NCBI GenBank assembly: GCA_044226015.1
Contig: JBGAHS010000003.1
Coordinates: 448,001 to 512,000 of the forward strand
Length of the DNA: 64,000 bases
DNA from: Candidatus Obscuribacteraceae bacterium
Lineage (GTDB): Bacteria > Cyanobacteriota > Vampirovibrionia > Obscuribacterales > Obscuribacteraceae
Reading direction: 5' to 3'
This document shows positions 29,299-39,678 of the stretch, one piece after another. Under the pieces are notes generated by a model, which worked only from the letters and a program-made list of their open reading frames with translations, was not told the DNA's origin and ran no database searches. Position numbers and translations under genes: made by a program. Each line of letters begins with the position of its first letter. Position 1 is the first letter of the stretch.

Positions 29299-29937
29299 AT
29301 GCAAGACAAATACCAAACCCTTGAAGAGCTTCGAGCAACTCTTCAAGAAAACGCTTCTTATCGCATCATCCACCACGACCGCAAGTCATGGCTCACGGTC
29401 ATATCTCCGCATGGGGGTTTGATCGAAGGTGGAAGCTCGGCAATCGCTCATGCCGTTGCGGGCCAGAACTACAATCTCTTCGATTTCCAGGGTCTGCAAA
29501 GAGAGCATCCGCAAGAGCTGCACGTCAGCTCGACACGATTTCGAGAGGCTCGCTTGAATGCGTTGCTTTCTCGAAGCGTTTCTGCGATTTCATTTCACGT
29601 GATGGGACCACAGAATGAGCCAATCGTCTGGCTTGGCGGTCTCAACCTCACACTGAAAGAAATGGTGCTCAAGTCTCTCCGAAGCGCAGGCTTTTCGGTA
29701 AACCCGGACAGCCCGCTCTATCGAGGCGAGAGCAAAAAGAACGTCGTCAACCTCGCCGAAAAGTTCGGTGTACAGCTTGAACTCTCGGACGAACTCATTG
29801 CAGAGCTATTCAGCGGACACGCCTTTCGAGGTGATTTCCCGGTGGAGACGACGAAGCGATTCAAGCTCTTCACCAGGGCAATAAGCGCTGCATTGCATCA
29901 ATACGAAACTGCCAAGTATGGGCAGTTTCCAGCTTGA
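29299..29937 (+). CDS. Poly-gamma-glutamate hydrolase family (PghP/DUF867-like)
   Basis: PHGGLIEGGS, LHVSSTRF, SFH, QLELS motifs; AAGGAG RBS. Confidence 0.8.
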   Translation: MQDKYQTLEELRATLQENASYRIIHHDRKSWLTVISPHGGLIEGGSSAIAHAVAGQNYNLFDFQGLQREHPQELHVSSTRFREARLNALLSRSVSAISFHVMGPQNEPIVWLGGLNLTLKEMVLKSLRSAGFSVNPDSPLYRGESKKNVVNLAEKFGVQLELSDELIAELFSGHAFRGDFPVETTKRFKLFTRAISAALHQYETAKYGQFPA

Positions 29938-30096
29938 GAGTGCAGGGCGAGCGGCAGACGGAACACACCAAAATGGTGTCTTTCCGCCTGCTTGCTTTAG
30001 CAGAAGTTCTACTCCTTGCTATAGTAATACACTTTAAAAACGTAAGGGACCAAATGCTTTCGCATCTAGTCCCATACGCGGTTCAGACGACCGAGG

Positions 30097-30495
30097 TCAG
30101 GCAGCGCATCGATTGTGCTTGCAGCCGCAGGTTCCCTGCAGATGCATCGCGCGATCGAGCCTGTCGCCGGGGTGGGCGCGCCGAGCCTCGCTGCCTTCGA
30201 GAAGGTGCTCGAAAGAGGCATTGAGGTCGGTCAGCGAGAGTCCGACGCCGAGTTGACGCAGAGTGCCGTCGAACTCGTCGAGCTGAATCAGCCCTTCGTC
30301 GATGCAGTCGGCGAGCAGGTCCACATTCACTCCGCGCTCCCGAAGTTCGGCAGCAGACGGAAAGATGCGAACACCATCACGCACGGAAGCTTCGTCGACG
30401 GTGATGTCGGACCAGTGCTTCACCACGAGCTCCGCGCTGAAACGCGGGAACGAGGGTCGCACTTGAGCTGAAACCTGAGCGATAGCGTTGAACAT
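30097..30495 (-). CDS. Hypothetical protein (132 aa) with Cys/His-rich C-terminus
   Basis: AAGGAGA RBS, GC3-rich codons, CGCKHNRC tail. Confidence 0.7.
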   Translation of the reverse strand: MFNAIAQVSAQVRPSFPRFSAELVVKHWSDITVDEASVRDGVRIFPSAAELRERGVNVDLLADCIDEGLIQLDEFDGTLRQLGVGLSLTDLNASFEHLLEGSEARRAHPGDRLDRAMHLQGTCGCKHNRCAA

Positions 30496-30625
30496 ATTGG
30501 CATTCTCCTTATCGTTTGCAGCGTGAGCTGCGGCTTCTTGGCTCCCAGAGCCAGACAGACGAGCGCCGCCTCAAAGAGACGGCGCTCGCAATTTGCCAGG
30601 TTGAATTACTTCGACCCGACCGGAC

Positions 30626-31687
30626 TTAGTGACCACAAGTGGTCACGGCCGTGGCGCGAGCCGACGGCGGAAGGATGGTGCCCGTGCTGACCGTGGCGTT
30701 GCGACCCAGGTGTTCGAGAACACGAGCGAAGAACGGCGCGGCGTCGAGCATGGGCGGGTAGACCTCCGGCAGGATCGCTCCGCCCGGCTTGTGGATGGGC
30801 GTCGGGGCACTTCCCACCGGGTTCATCTTCACGTCGACGATGACCCGAGCGCGAGGGCTGAGCGAGAAGTGACCGTAGGGCGTCCAGATGAAGCCCGCGC
30901 CGATGGCTTGGGCTGCACCACCGTCCTTCTTGAGCGAATCGCCCACGAAGAGGCAGCGGTTGCCATCTTCGATGCCGAAGTCCTTCATCGCGATGCGAGC
31001 GCCATCACCGGACGGTTTCTCGCAGTGCTTGGGCAGGACGACGTACGGGCAGGCGACGCTGGTGCCCATGTACTGAGCGACACGCTTGCGTCCGGCTTCC
31101 AGGTCCTCGTCAGTGAGGCCCTCGCTGGCGTCAGGCTCGACAGTCTCCAGCGCATAAATCGCCGAGACCAGTTCGTCGATGCCAGTCTGCTTCGCGCGAC
31201 CGAGCACCATGTACATCGGACCGTCAGAGACGATCGCGACATGGATGCCAGCATCACGCAGCACAGTGAGGGTCTCCTTGACGGTCGGGTAAGCGACCGA
31301 ATAGCGCAGACGGTTGCGCTCGAGCGTAGCCCAGAACGGCTCGACGATCTGCTCGCGGAACTGAGCGGCAGTGCCCTGGAAGCGCTGGCGAATCCAGGTC
31401 AGCTCCAGCAGCCACGGGTACTCGTGCGTGCCGTACTTGTTGACCACGCGGCCCATCTCACGAGAGATGGCATCGAGGTCAGGCTCACCGATGATCTTGC
31501 TGATGCGAGGAACTTCGGATTCCATCGTGGGAACGAAGTATGCCCAGAAGGCATCGGTGAGGGTGAGGTCCATGTCGGAGAGCACCAGCTGAATGCTGTG
31601 GCGCCCGACCTTGTGGACGATCGAGGTGTTGTTGTGCCGACGCAGCTTACGCTTGCCGAGCTTCTTGTCGTTAGGTTGCGATGTCAT
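30626..31687 (-). CDS. HAD-superfamily hydrolase (phosphoglycolate phosphatase-like)
   Basis: SDMDLTL, VSD, EKP, VGDSLKKD motifs. Confidence 0.85.
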   Translation of the reverse strand: MTSQPNDKKLGKRKLRRHNNTSIVHKVGRHSIQLVLSDMDLTLTDAFWAYFVPTMESEVPRISKIIGEPDLDAISREMGRVVNKYGTHEYPWLLELTWIRQRFQGTAAQFREQIVEPFWATLERNRLRYSVAYPTVKETLTVLRDAGIHVAIVSDGPMYMVLGRAKQTGIDELVSAIYALETVEPDASEGLTDEDLEAGRKRVAQYMGTSVACPYVVLPKHCEKPSGDGARIAMKDFGIEDGNRCLFVGDSLKKDGGAAQAIGAGFIWTPYGHFSLSPRARVIVDVKMNPVGSAPTPIHKPGGAILPEVYPPMLDAAPFFARVLEHLGRNATVSTGTILPPSARATAVTTCGH

Positions 31688-31898
31688 GCTGTTTCCCTTT
31701 CTAGGCCAGTTTGAAAAAAACAGCGGAGTCACACGACCCACGCTGGTGCTACCCTTTCTGGGTCGCGTACAACTCAAATCCGAACGACCGAGCGCAGGCT
31801 GGAACACATGAAATGTTCTAGTCTGGACTGGGGAGTGAGTGTCTGAAATGTCTTAGACTTTCACGGGGTTTGTTCGAGAGGAAACGAGTTGTACCAAC

Positions 31899-31928
31899 AC
31901 CCTAGGCGTTGCCACTGCCAAGATGCAA
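31899..31928 (-). promoter_or_regulatory. Putative promoter TTGCAT-N18-TAGGGT
   Basis: Matches the shared motif; lies upstream of the HAD gene. Confidence 0.65.
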
Positions 31929-32191
31929 ACACAGCCGTGTGCGGTTAGGGTTCCACAGAAGCCGCGCCCACAAGCACTCTGGGGATCAGTCGATAATGGA
32001 GTGTCACAGCAGGCTACGTGATCCGCGCACGCCGCTGGCACCATAACAGTTAGCTCAACTAGCACCGTCATAAATGATCTCCACTGTTGCCAAGGTTCGC
32101 GCCGCTGTGTGACTCATGATCATGCTCTCGCCGCCGGACACTTGGCGGCACTTACGCGCGGTTACATAACGCTAAGGAAGCACATCACCTC

Positions 32192-32221
32192 TTGAAATTC
32201 CCGGCCCCAGAGCACTAGGGT
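32192..32221 (+). promoter_or_regulatory. Putative promoter TTGAAA-N18-TAGGGT
   Basis: Matches the shared motif; lies upstream of the EEP gene. Confidence 0.65.
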
Positions 32222-32463
32222 GAGTCGTAACCCATTAACCCCTAGCCCGCAAACAAGAAACCCAGCGCCCAATACACGCAAGACCATTTCAGCACCCGGA
32301 ACAAGCTACCAAGCTTGTGGAGGAGAAGTGTTCTTGCCTTTGGACTGTCGAAGTTTTGAGTCGGCGGTTTCTTAACTACGCACTCATCTCCTTTGGTGAG
32401 TGTGGACCCCGTTGCGCCAATTTCGGCGGAGCGGAACTTTTGATGTCTCGGAAGGAGACCCTT

Positions 32464-33654
32464 ATGACCACTTCGAAATTGAAAATTGTGCACGGTGAAG
32501 ACCTCCACCCTGCGCACCTCCGCAGAATCATCAAAGCGAGCGAAGAGTACACCCGTCGCGTCAACGAGTCCCGCATCGAGTATCCGGACCCTGACACCAT
32601 CGACTTCAGCTCCGACGATGCGAAGGCCATCTACACCGTTCACCCGAACGGTTTCCTCACCAACGTCCTCGGCGTCAGCAACCGCGCGAAGCGCCCCGGC
32701 GCCAGCGACGGCGGCAAGCCCAAGCTGCCCAACCCGCAGGTCGTCCTCAAGGAAGTCCAGAAGTACTACCAGGGCGTCCCCCTGGCCGGCATGACTGGCA
32801 ACCTTGTGCTCGGCGAACTGAACGTCGAATTCGGCGATGCCCCCAAGGCGAAGTACTTCCGCGAGGCTTACGTCGAGATTCTCTCGCACCTGCACATCCT
32901 CGCCGTCGAAGAAGTCGACTCGTCCTGGGTCGATTCGATGGTGCAGTTCATGCAGCAGTCCACCGGCGTGACCTACAAGGGCTTCACTTCGGTCGCCAAC
33001 ACGCGCAACCAGGCCGTGGGCATCCTCATCCACCCGCGCCTCCAGGTCCTGAAGGGACCGATCGAGTACGCTGAAGTCGGCAATGTCCAGGGCGTTCCCG
33101 ACCTGCGACCGGCCTACCGCGTCGACCTGAAAGACACCACCACCGGTGTCGAATTCTCGGTCACGGTCGTGCACCTGAAGAGCATGCGTGGTGGTCCGGC
33201 TGCGACGAGCGCCATCCGCTACAAGCAGCTGGAAATCCTGGCGCGCTTGCTCGGTCCGAACTACTCGGGCTTCGTCGTCGGCGACCTGAACTACATCCTG
33301 ACGGACAAAACCCTGAAGGATGGCGAGCCGATGAAGAACGCTGGCTACGAGCTGTTCGTGCCCGACGACACCACCGGCACGCACGCCATGGGGTCGCGCA
33401 TCGACGGCTGGTTCTACAAGAACCTGTCCCGCAAGTTCACCTTCTACAAGGTGCGGCAGTTCTTCGCGAACCCGCAGATCACCCGTGCCTTCACTGACCA
33501 CGGTCAGACTGAAGGTCAGCTCGTGCTCTGCGAAAGCCAGCTCGAAGTCGGCAAGCCCAACGCCGGCTGTCCGGGCGCGAATGACCAGACCGGCTCTTCG
33601 CAGGTGGTGCCTGTCGACCGTGTCGGCTTCAAGAAGCTGAACGACGACAAGTAA
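32464..33654 (+). CDS. Endonuclease/exonuclease/phosphatase (EEP, DNase I-like) family protein with N-terminal extension
   Basis: ELNVE, ILAVEEV, VHLKS, VGDLN, RIDG, TDH motifs; AAGGAG RBS. Confidence 0.85.
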   Translation: MTTSKLKIVHGEDLHPAHLRRIIKASEEYTRRVNESRIEYPDPDTIDFSSDDAKAIYTVHPNGFLTNVLGVSNRAKRPGASDGGKPKLPNPQVVLKEVQKYYQGVPLAGMTGNLVLGELNVEFGDAPKAKYFREAYVEILSHLHILAVEEVDSSWVDSMVQFMQQSTGVTYKGFTSVANTRNQAVGILIHPRLQVLKGPIEYAEVGNVQGVPDLRPAYRVDLKDTTTGVEFSVTVVHLKSMRGGPAATSAIRYKQLEILARLLGPNYSGFVVGDLNYILTDKTLKDGEPMKNAGYELFVPDDTTGTHAMGSRIDGWFYKNLSRKFTFYKVRQFFANPQITRAFTDHGQTEGQLVLCESQLEVGKPNAGCPGANDQTGSSQVVPVDRVGFKKLNDDK

Positions 33655-33667
33655 ACCGTTCCCCTCG

Positions 33668-33717
33668 AACGCAGGATGTATGGCCCAAAAGGCTGTGCAT
33701 CCTGCGTTTCTTTTTTC
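33668..33717 (+). terminator. Intrinsic terminator
   Basis: aacgcaggatgtatggcc/ggctgtgcatcctgcgtt followed by a T run. Confidence 0.8.
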
Positions 33718-33789
33718 AACCCGATCTACTATAGCGATTCGTACTTGTCGCAAAAGTATGCGACAATATAATTCAAGTAGTCTTTCAGG

Positions 33790-35250
33790 ATGACCATGCT
33801 AGAAACACTAGAGGCACTCGAAACACCAGTTCATTCACCAGAAAAAAAGCTGGTACTGAAAGCCATTTCTGAGTCGCCGCAAAAAATTACTGTTGCAGAC
33901 ATTGCCACCAAGACCAACCTGCCCGTCCTCCAAGCAAACGGGCTTCTAAACCAGATCGCCTATGAAACTGGAGGTCACCTCACGGTTGGCACCGCAGGTA
34001 GTGTCGTATACGAATTCGACCGTAATTTCCAAAACGAATACATTTCCCGGACTAGCAAAAATACCATGAAGCGGCTCGGACGAATCATTTACAACGCGGG
34101 CGCTTACATGGTGCGAATATTTTCTCTTCTCATGTTTTTCCTGATTCGCGTCAGTTTTGGCATAGCATTGATTGCTTCCGTGGTGCTCGTGGTAGCCCTT
34201 GTTGTTTTGGCAGCCATAGCTCTTTTAGCTAAACTCATGGGCAACGACAACGACTCTGGACCAGATATAGACTTATCGGGAATCTTTAGTGGTGTAGGCG
34301 GCATATTTCGATATTGGATTTGGGATTGGCTGTGGGACTGGTGGTATTGGGGCAGCTACATCCGTTGGGACCCAACACCGACACATTACGAACCAAGCAC
34401 CATAAACAGTTCCAAAAACCAAAAGGACAAGGAAAATTTCCTCGACAAGTGCTTTTCTTTTCTCTTCGGTGACGGAGATCCAAATCAACAACTAGAGCAA
34501 AAGTACTGGCAATCAATGGCGCTGGCTATACGCGCCAACAATGGCGTAGTGGTTGCAGAACAACTGGCACCTTACACACTTGTAGAAAGCAAGAATGAAG
34601 ACTGGATGCTTCCTGTGATGGTCAGATTCAACGGAAATTGCGACGTAAGCGAGAAGGGAAACATCATCTACAATTTCCCCAGCTTTCAACAGCAGTTCAA
34701 TGCAAGCACAGAGCCAAACAGTGCCACTGCTCACCCCGATGACCTTAGCGCCATGTTTCAGTCTTATGTCAAAACGAAAGCAGCATTTCAATCAAAGCAA
34801 GCCTATTCGAACCGCCTGGAGACCTATTTGAAAGAACACGAATGGCAACTCACTCACATCAGCGATGGCAGCAAAGCTACCATCATCTGCTTTGCACTAG
34901 TCATTTTGCTAGGCGGAATCTGGCTTTCCACCATGACTGGGCTTCTGCCATTTATTGCACTCATCAAACCATTGCTCTATGCCATGTCTGCCTATGGAGC
35001 GCTGTTCCTCGTTATCCCCGGCATACGCATTCTGATGAATTCCCAGAGAAATCAAAATATCGAAAAAAGAAACTTGATAAGAGCAGCAGCAGCAGCTAAA
35101 TTACAACAGCCCGATTCCAACCTGAAGCTCAAATTGAAGGAAGCCGAATCGAGCCGCCGCATTTCAATTCAGGAGTCTAATAGAGAAGGCATCGCATTCA
35201 CTACCGAAAAAGACTCCCTCGAACAAGAGTTCGAGCATCCCGACAAATAG
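33790..35250 (+). CDS. Conserved cyanobacterial/plastid-type membrane protein (At5g03900-like)
   Basis: ITVADIA, GGHLTV, FSFLFGDGDPN, AEQLAPY, MLPVMVRFNG, IYNFP. Confidence 0.75.
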   Translation: MTMLETLEALETPVHSPEKKLVLKAISESPQKITVADIATKTNLPVLQANGLLNQIAYETGGHLTVGTAGSVVYEFDRNFQNEYISRTSKNTMKRLGRIIYNAGAYMVRIFSLLMFFLIRVSFGIALIASVVLVVALVVLAAIALLAKLMGNDNDSGPDIDLSGIFSGVGGIFRYWIWDWLWDWWYWGSYIRWDPTPTHYEPSTINSSKNQKDKENFLDKCFSFLFGDGDPNQQLEQKYWQSMALAIRANNGVVVAEQLAPYTLVESKNEDWMLPVMVRFNGNCDVSEKGNIIYNFPSFQQQFNASTEPNSATAHPDDLSAMFQSYVKTKAAFQSKQAYSNRLETYLKEHEWQLTHISDGSKATIICFALVILLGGIWLSTMTGLLPFIALIKPLLYAMSAYGALFLVIPGIRILMNSQRNQNIEKRNLIRAAAAAKLQQPDSNLKLKLKEAESSRRISIQESNREGIAFTTEKDSLEQEFEHPDK

Positions 35251-35439
35251 AATCTAAAATGCTGACCAATATCAGCAGCTGAACCAGCCTTAGTAACCCA
35301 TACAGCGCAAAGTCAGGCAAAAGAGCAGTTTTTTTCCTATATCGGAGACTGAATTCACAAAATCCAGGGAAAATCTGAATTGACAGCCTAATTTTGTAGG
35401 GCTACGATCTTGTCAAGAACCCAAATTATGCGGTGCACT

Positions 35440-36540
35440 ATGCCTCACTACTCAAAACGAATCGCAGTTATTGCCTTAGCGGCAAGTTTGAACCTTTTTG
35501 CCCCAGCGTTCTCACAGGGACAATCAGATTGGGTTCGACCAAACGCCTCCGAAACTCCCCAACAAGGATGGACACCGCAAGGACAGAACGGTGGACAGAG
35601 TCAGGGAAATATGGGACAGAGCGATTGGGTGCGACCAGATGGCTCCAATGGCGGCGGCGGTCAGCAGTCAAACTGGACGCAACCTGCTTCAAACAATAAC
35701 GGCAATTTAGGACAATCCGGCTGGGTCCGCCAGGGTAATTCCAATGGAGCTGGCATGAATCAATCTGGTTGGAACCAGGGACAGAACATGCAAATGCCGA
35801 TGGATCAAGGCATGCAAATGCAGCAGGGTATGCAGCAACAAGGCATGCAACAGCAAATGATCCCACAAAATCAAGTTGGACAATCCGACTGGGTTCGCCC
35901 AGGTCAGACAGTTGAAGGCAATGTGAGCCAGAGCAACTACGTGCCACAAAATAACATGGGCGGCGGCATGGGAAACATGAACGGCGGCAATATGGGCAAC
36001 AGCGGCAACATGGGTAACATGGGCGGCGGCGGCATGAGCAACATGGGCGGCGGCGGCATGGGTAACATGGGCGGCGGTGGAGCCGACATGAGTGGCATGG
36101 GAGGACTCGGAGGTCTAGGTGCCCTCATGGGAGGCGGTAGTGGTACTCTGGGTGGCTTGGTAAACGGCAATGCAGACCCTAACTCCTACGACAACATAGG
36201 AAAGGCAATCAATGCTGCCGCGCAAATGGGCTTGATTCCGAGTGGACAGAACAACCCCAACAACGGCGGCGCCGGTGGCATGGGTGGCGGCGGTCATGGT
36301 CTATTTAGCTTTCCAAAATTCGGTACACAGATGCCAAAACGCGGCGTAATGAATCAACAGCAAATGCCAATGCAAATGATGGGACAACAACAGATGATGG
36401 GTCAGCAACCGATGATGACTCAGCAACAAGTTTCACAGCCTCACAATTCAGGACCAGGCATAGGCAAATCTATGACGAAAAGCACTGGCAAGATAATGAA
36501 TCAGACAATGAACAGGGCACTAGGCAAAATTCATTTCTAG
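35440..36540 (+). CDS. Secreted Gly/Gln/Met/Asn-rich low-complexity repeat protein
   Basis: Signal peptide ending APAFS; repeated GQSDWVRP motifs and NMGGGGM repeats. Confidence 0.8.
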   Translation: MPHYSKRIAVIALAASLNLFAPAFSQGQSDWVRPNASETPQQGWTPQGQNGGQSQGNMGQSDWVRPDGSNGGGGQQSNWTQPASNNNGNLGQSGWVRQGNSNGAGMNQSGWNQGQNMQMPMDQGMQMQQGMQQQGMQQQMIPQNQVGQSDWVRPGQTVEGNVSQSNYVPQNNMGGGMGNMNGGNMGNSGNMGNMGGGGMSNMGGGGMGNMGGGGADMSGMGGLGGLGALMGGGSGTLGGLVNGNADPNSYDNIGKAINAAAQMGLIPSGQNNPNNGGAGGMGGGGHGLFSFPKFGTQMPKRGVMNQQQMPMQMMGQQQMMGQQPMMTQQQVSQPHNSGPGIGKSMTKSTGKIMNQTMNRALGKIHF

Positions 36541-37461
36541 AATCTGCCTCTTACTTCTTAAGCTTACTTCGAACACTTACTGCATCACATGTCGACTGCA
36601 TGCCAGCGTACCGCTTGTTATTTCCAAACACTCGACGACTATAGTCAATGCAAATCTGCCCAGAACCCTCAGCCCAGAGCGAAATTTTGATGCAGACATA
36701 AAATTTGAGCGTTTTTTTTCGTTCAACACACTCTTCTGGCGCGAAAAAAAAATTGCCAAAACCAGCTCCTCATCAACTTCTTCTTCAAAAACAAGCCATG
36801 AAAAATTCGATTCAGAAGGCCCTTGTCAGAAACCAAGAGATGTTGTATCTCTAGTATTACCTGGTCGGGCGCTAAACTAAATTAACTTATTATGCCTGCT
36901 CGACCAGGCTTTTTCTTTTTAAAGGGCTTCAGAGATGAGCTTTGCAAGCGCATCCTAGACCTTCAACACAATCTTTGGAATAGAGCCAGAGTCACCAAAT
37001 ACGATACCAGCAGATGTATGAAATCTGCCCTGGTTCGGTACAAGTTCCAGCAAGCGCCTGTCAAGAAGCGCTTTCCAATGATTTTATCAGGCTTGGAACT
37101 TTGTACTTGCGCTAACCTCGCAAAGAAGCAATCCTTGCGTTGCAATGCTTTCCGGGATTTGGACCGAATTGCCAAGCACCAGAATCTATGAAAACCCTGG
37201 GCTGAACAGCTAGTTCCATCGAAATTGCTCAAAATTCGTACTAGTCAACAGTTGATTTTGCCCAATATCCCGATGCAATCTGTATGAGTATTCTGATGCC
37301 CCGCCCAAACGTATGATCCCCGCAAGCATATTTTTCTGAGAGATTCCCGTAAAACCTGCCACATGGCGGTGTTGGGGTAGCAGGATACAAAAGAAAAACT
37401 GAATAAGTTAGAGTTCGAGCCTTTCATCCACACTGAAAAGCTCGTTGCAAAACGGTGTATC

Positions 37462-38433
37462 GTGTCCAAGATCAAAGAGCGGCTGCTCAAGTGGCTTTTA
37501 AGCCCATTTTTTCATCCGATTGTGTCAATGCCAGGAAAATCTTTTTCTGGAAATTTTGAGCCACTCAATACGGAAGAAGAAATCAGCAAACAAGAGCTAA
37601 AGGCGCATATCACCGAGCTTTCAGTCAATATTCAAAGTAGATTTATTGGAACGATCGGACAAGAACAGTCCGCACGTTACATTGAGTCTAGCTTGCGCAA
37701 GAGCGGTTACGAACCGGTTTCCCAGAGCTTTAGTGTCGGAGACATATCCCTCAGAAATATAGAAGCAACATTGCCCGGAACTAAAAATCCCGAAAAAACA
37801 ATTATCGTAGGTGCGCATTACGACACAGTTGCCGGAACTCCGGGAGCAGATGACAACGCAAGCGGAGTGGCAGCACTTTTACATCTGGCAAGATTGTTCA
37901 AACAGACACCGACAGGTCTAAGTCTAAAGTTCGTTGCCTTTTCAAATGAAGAGACGGCACTCTACTCCAGCATGGGAAGCTACTTTTATGCGCAACGCTG
38001 TCACGAACAGCAAGAGCATATAGCTGGAATGTATTCATTAGAAATGCTCGGTTATTATTCAACAAGAGAAAAATCACAGGCTTATCCCGAGCCTTTCAAT
38101 CTCTTTTATCCGACCGTTGGGAATTTCATAGCATTTGTTGGCAACAGCAAAGCACGCCCCTTCCTAAAAGACAGCATTAGCTTATTCAGACAAAACTGCA
38201 ATTTTCCGTCAGAAGGATGCGCTGCACCCGACTGGATGAGCGATGCCAACCGCTCAGACCACTGCAGCTTTTGGCGATTTGGATACCCTGCGCTTATGGT
38301 TACTGACACTTCGAATTTCCGAAATAAGCACTATCACGGACCCCAGGACTCTATTCTCACTCTCGACTTAAACAGCATGTCACGAGTGGTTCGAGGTCTG
38401 GAAAAGATGATTCGGGAAATAGCCAAATCGTGA
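37462..38433 (+). CDS. M28-family metallopeptidase
   Basis: GAHYDT, GADDNASG, NEE, LEMLG, RSDH, HYH. Confidence 0.9.
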   Translation: MSKIKERLLKWLLSPFFHPIVSMPGKSFSGNFEPLNTEEEISKQELKAHITELSVNIQSRFIGTIGQEQSARYIESSLRKSGYEPVSQSFSVGDISLRNIEATLPGTKNPEKTIIVGAHYDTVAGTPGADDNASGVAALLHLARLFKQTPTGLSLKFVAFSNEETALYSSMGSYFYAQRCHEQQEHIAGMYSLEMLGYYSTREKSQAYPEPFNLFYPTVGNFIAFVGNSKARPFLKDSISLFRQNCNFPSEGCAAPDWMSDANRSDHCSFWRFGYPALMVTDTSNFRNKHYHGPQDSILTLDLNSMSRVVRGLEKMIREIAKS

Positions 38434-38649
38434 CCTTTTTACCTGCTCAAGCTCTACTATGGCTCATAGTCTCAAACCACTTGAGTAGTACAGTGTGCAG
38501 AAATAAGCGAGCGTTGACTGTTCAAACAATTGGCAGCACTGCTCTTCGGGAATGTTACAGGCGCCACTAGAAAAGAATGATCGCCATCTTTATGTTCTAC
38601 AATAGCCTAAGCAGGGAACAGAGCAAATAAATCTCCTGGGCAGTATTTT

Positions 38650-39678
38650 ATGAATCACGACAAACAACTTATTCTGAGTACTCAATCGTACACAGCATGG
38701 GCTGCACGATTTCATACATTGACTGAAATGGAGCTTGGAGAAATCCAACGCAAAGACTTTCCCGATGGTGAACACTACCAGCGCATCGTGACCCCCGTAG
38801 ACGGCAGAAAAGTGCTACTAATCTCTGGCACAATAAATGATCGCGAAACACTCGAACTTTTCGATCTTGCCAATGCCATTGTAGACGGTGGCGCATCACG
38901 TTTGCGTGTGATTCTTCCATATTTTGGCTACTCCACCATGGAAAGGGCTGTGCGAGCCGGAGAAGCAGTCAAAGCGAAGTATCGCGCCCGCTTACTTTCA
39001 AATGGACTTCCACGTGCACCTTTAGGCAATCGGTTTTACATGCTCGACCTTCACTCTGAGGGAATTCCTCAGTATTTTGAAAACGGCATACAAGCAACGC
39101 ACATTTATGCCAAATCAATCGTGATGAAAGTGGCAAAACGACTCTCTACCGAGTTTGGTCCGCTGGTTTTAGGCACTCGGCAGATGGAACTGTCACAAGA
39201 CCGACCTGTTCCATTTGTGCTTGCCTCGACGGATGCCGGGAGAATGAAATGGGTGGAATCACTCGCCAGAGATATGGGTGTCAGCCCCGCTTTCGCTTAT
39301 AAGGAGCGTATTGACGGAGCCACAACTGTTTCCCTGGGAATTTCTGGACCGGTGAAAGACAAATTCGTAGTCATATATGATGACATGATTCGCACGGGAA
39401 GCTCCTTAATGAACGCAGCAAGAGCCTACCTTGAAGCCGGTGCCACTGGGGTGGCAGCCATGGCAACTCATGCACTTTTCCCAGGTGAAGCTCTCGAAAA
39501 AATACGAGGCTCGGGTTTGTTCAAGCAACTCGTCGTAACAGACAGCCATCCACGTTCAAGAGAGCTAGAATCCGACTTTTTGCGAGTGGAATCTTGCGCC
39601 GAGCTATTCGTTCCGCATTTGACTGCTGACACCACCGAAGGTATCATCTTGAAGGAACTTAAACATGCCGTCCAATAA
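38650..39678 (+). CDS. prs: Ribose-phosphate pyrophosphokinase
   Basis: FPDGE, PYFGYS, DLHS, TDAG, DDMIRTGSS, ATHALF. Confidence 0.9.
   Translation: MNHDKQLILSTQSYTAWAARFHTLTEMELGEIQRKDFPDGEHYQRIVTPVDGRKVLLISGTINDRETLELFDLANAIVDGGASRLRVILPYFGYSTMERAVRAGEAVKAKYRARLLSNGLPRAPLGNRFYMLDLHSEGIPQYFENGIQATHIYAKSIVMKVAKRLSTEFGPLVLGTRQMELSQDRPVPFVLASTDAGRMKWVESLARDMGVSPAFAYKERIDGATTVSLGISGPVKDKFVVIYDDMIRTGSSLMNAARAYLEAGATGVAAMATHALFPGEALEKIRGSGLFKQLVVTDSHPRSRELESDFLRVESCAELFVPHLTADTTEGIILKELKHAVQ

Noticed and set aside
17608..29937. Prophage suggested by holin-like, Cas4-like and PGA-hydrolase genes
   Set aside because: The genes are scattered among housekeeping genes, with no integrase, terminase, capsid or tail genes.
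32242..33753. 503-aa minus-strand ORF (also 30629-31714 +, 3380-4198 +, 52618-53442 -, 62039-62842 +)
   Set aside because: Antisense shadows of motif-bearing or RBS-supported genes with biased codons.
36892..37191. 99-aa ORF upstream of the M28 peptidase
   Set aside because: Starts inside a hairpin, has no RBS and no recognisable motif.
38464..38484. Possible NrtR operator upstream of prs-nadE-pncA
   Set aside because: Palindrome is weak, the spacing does not fit GT-N7-AC, and no nrtR gene is in the window.
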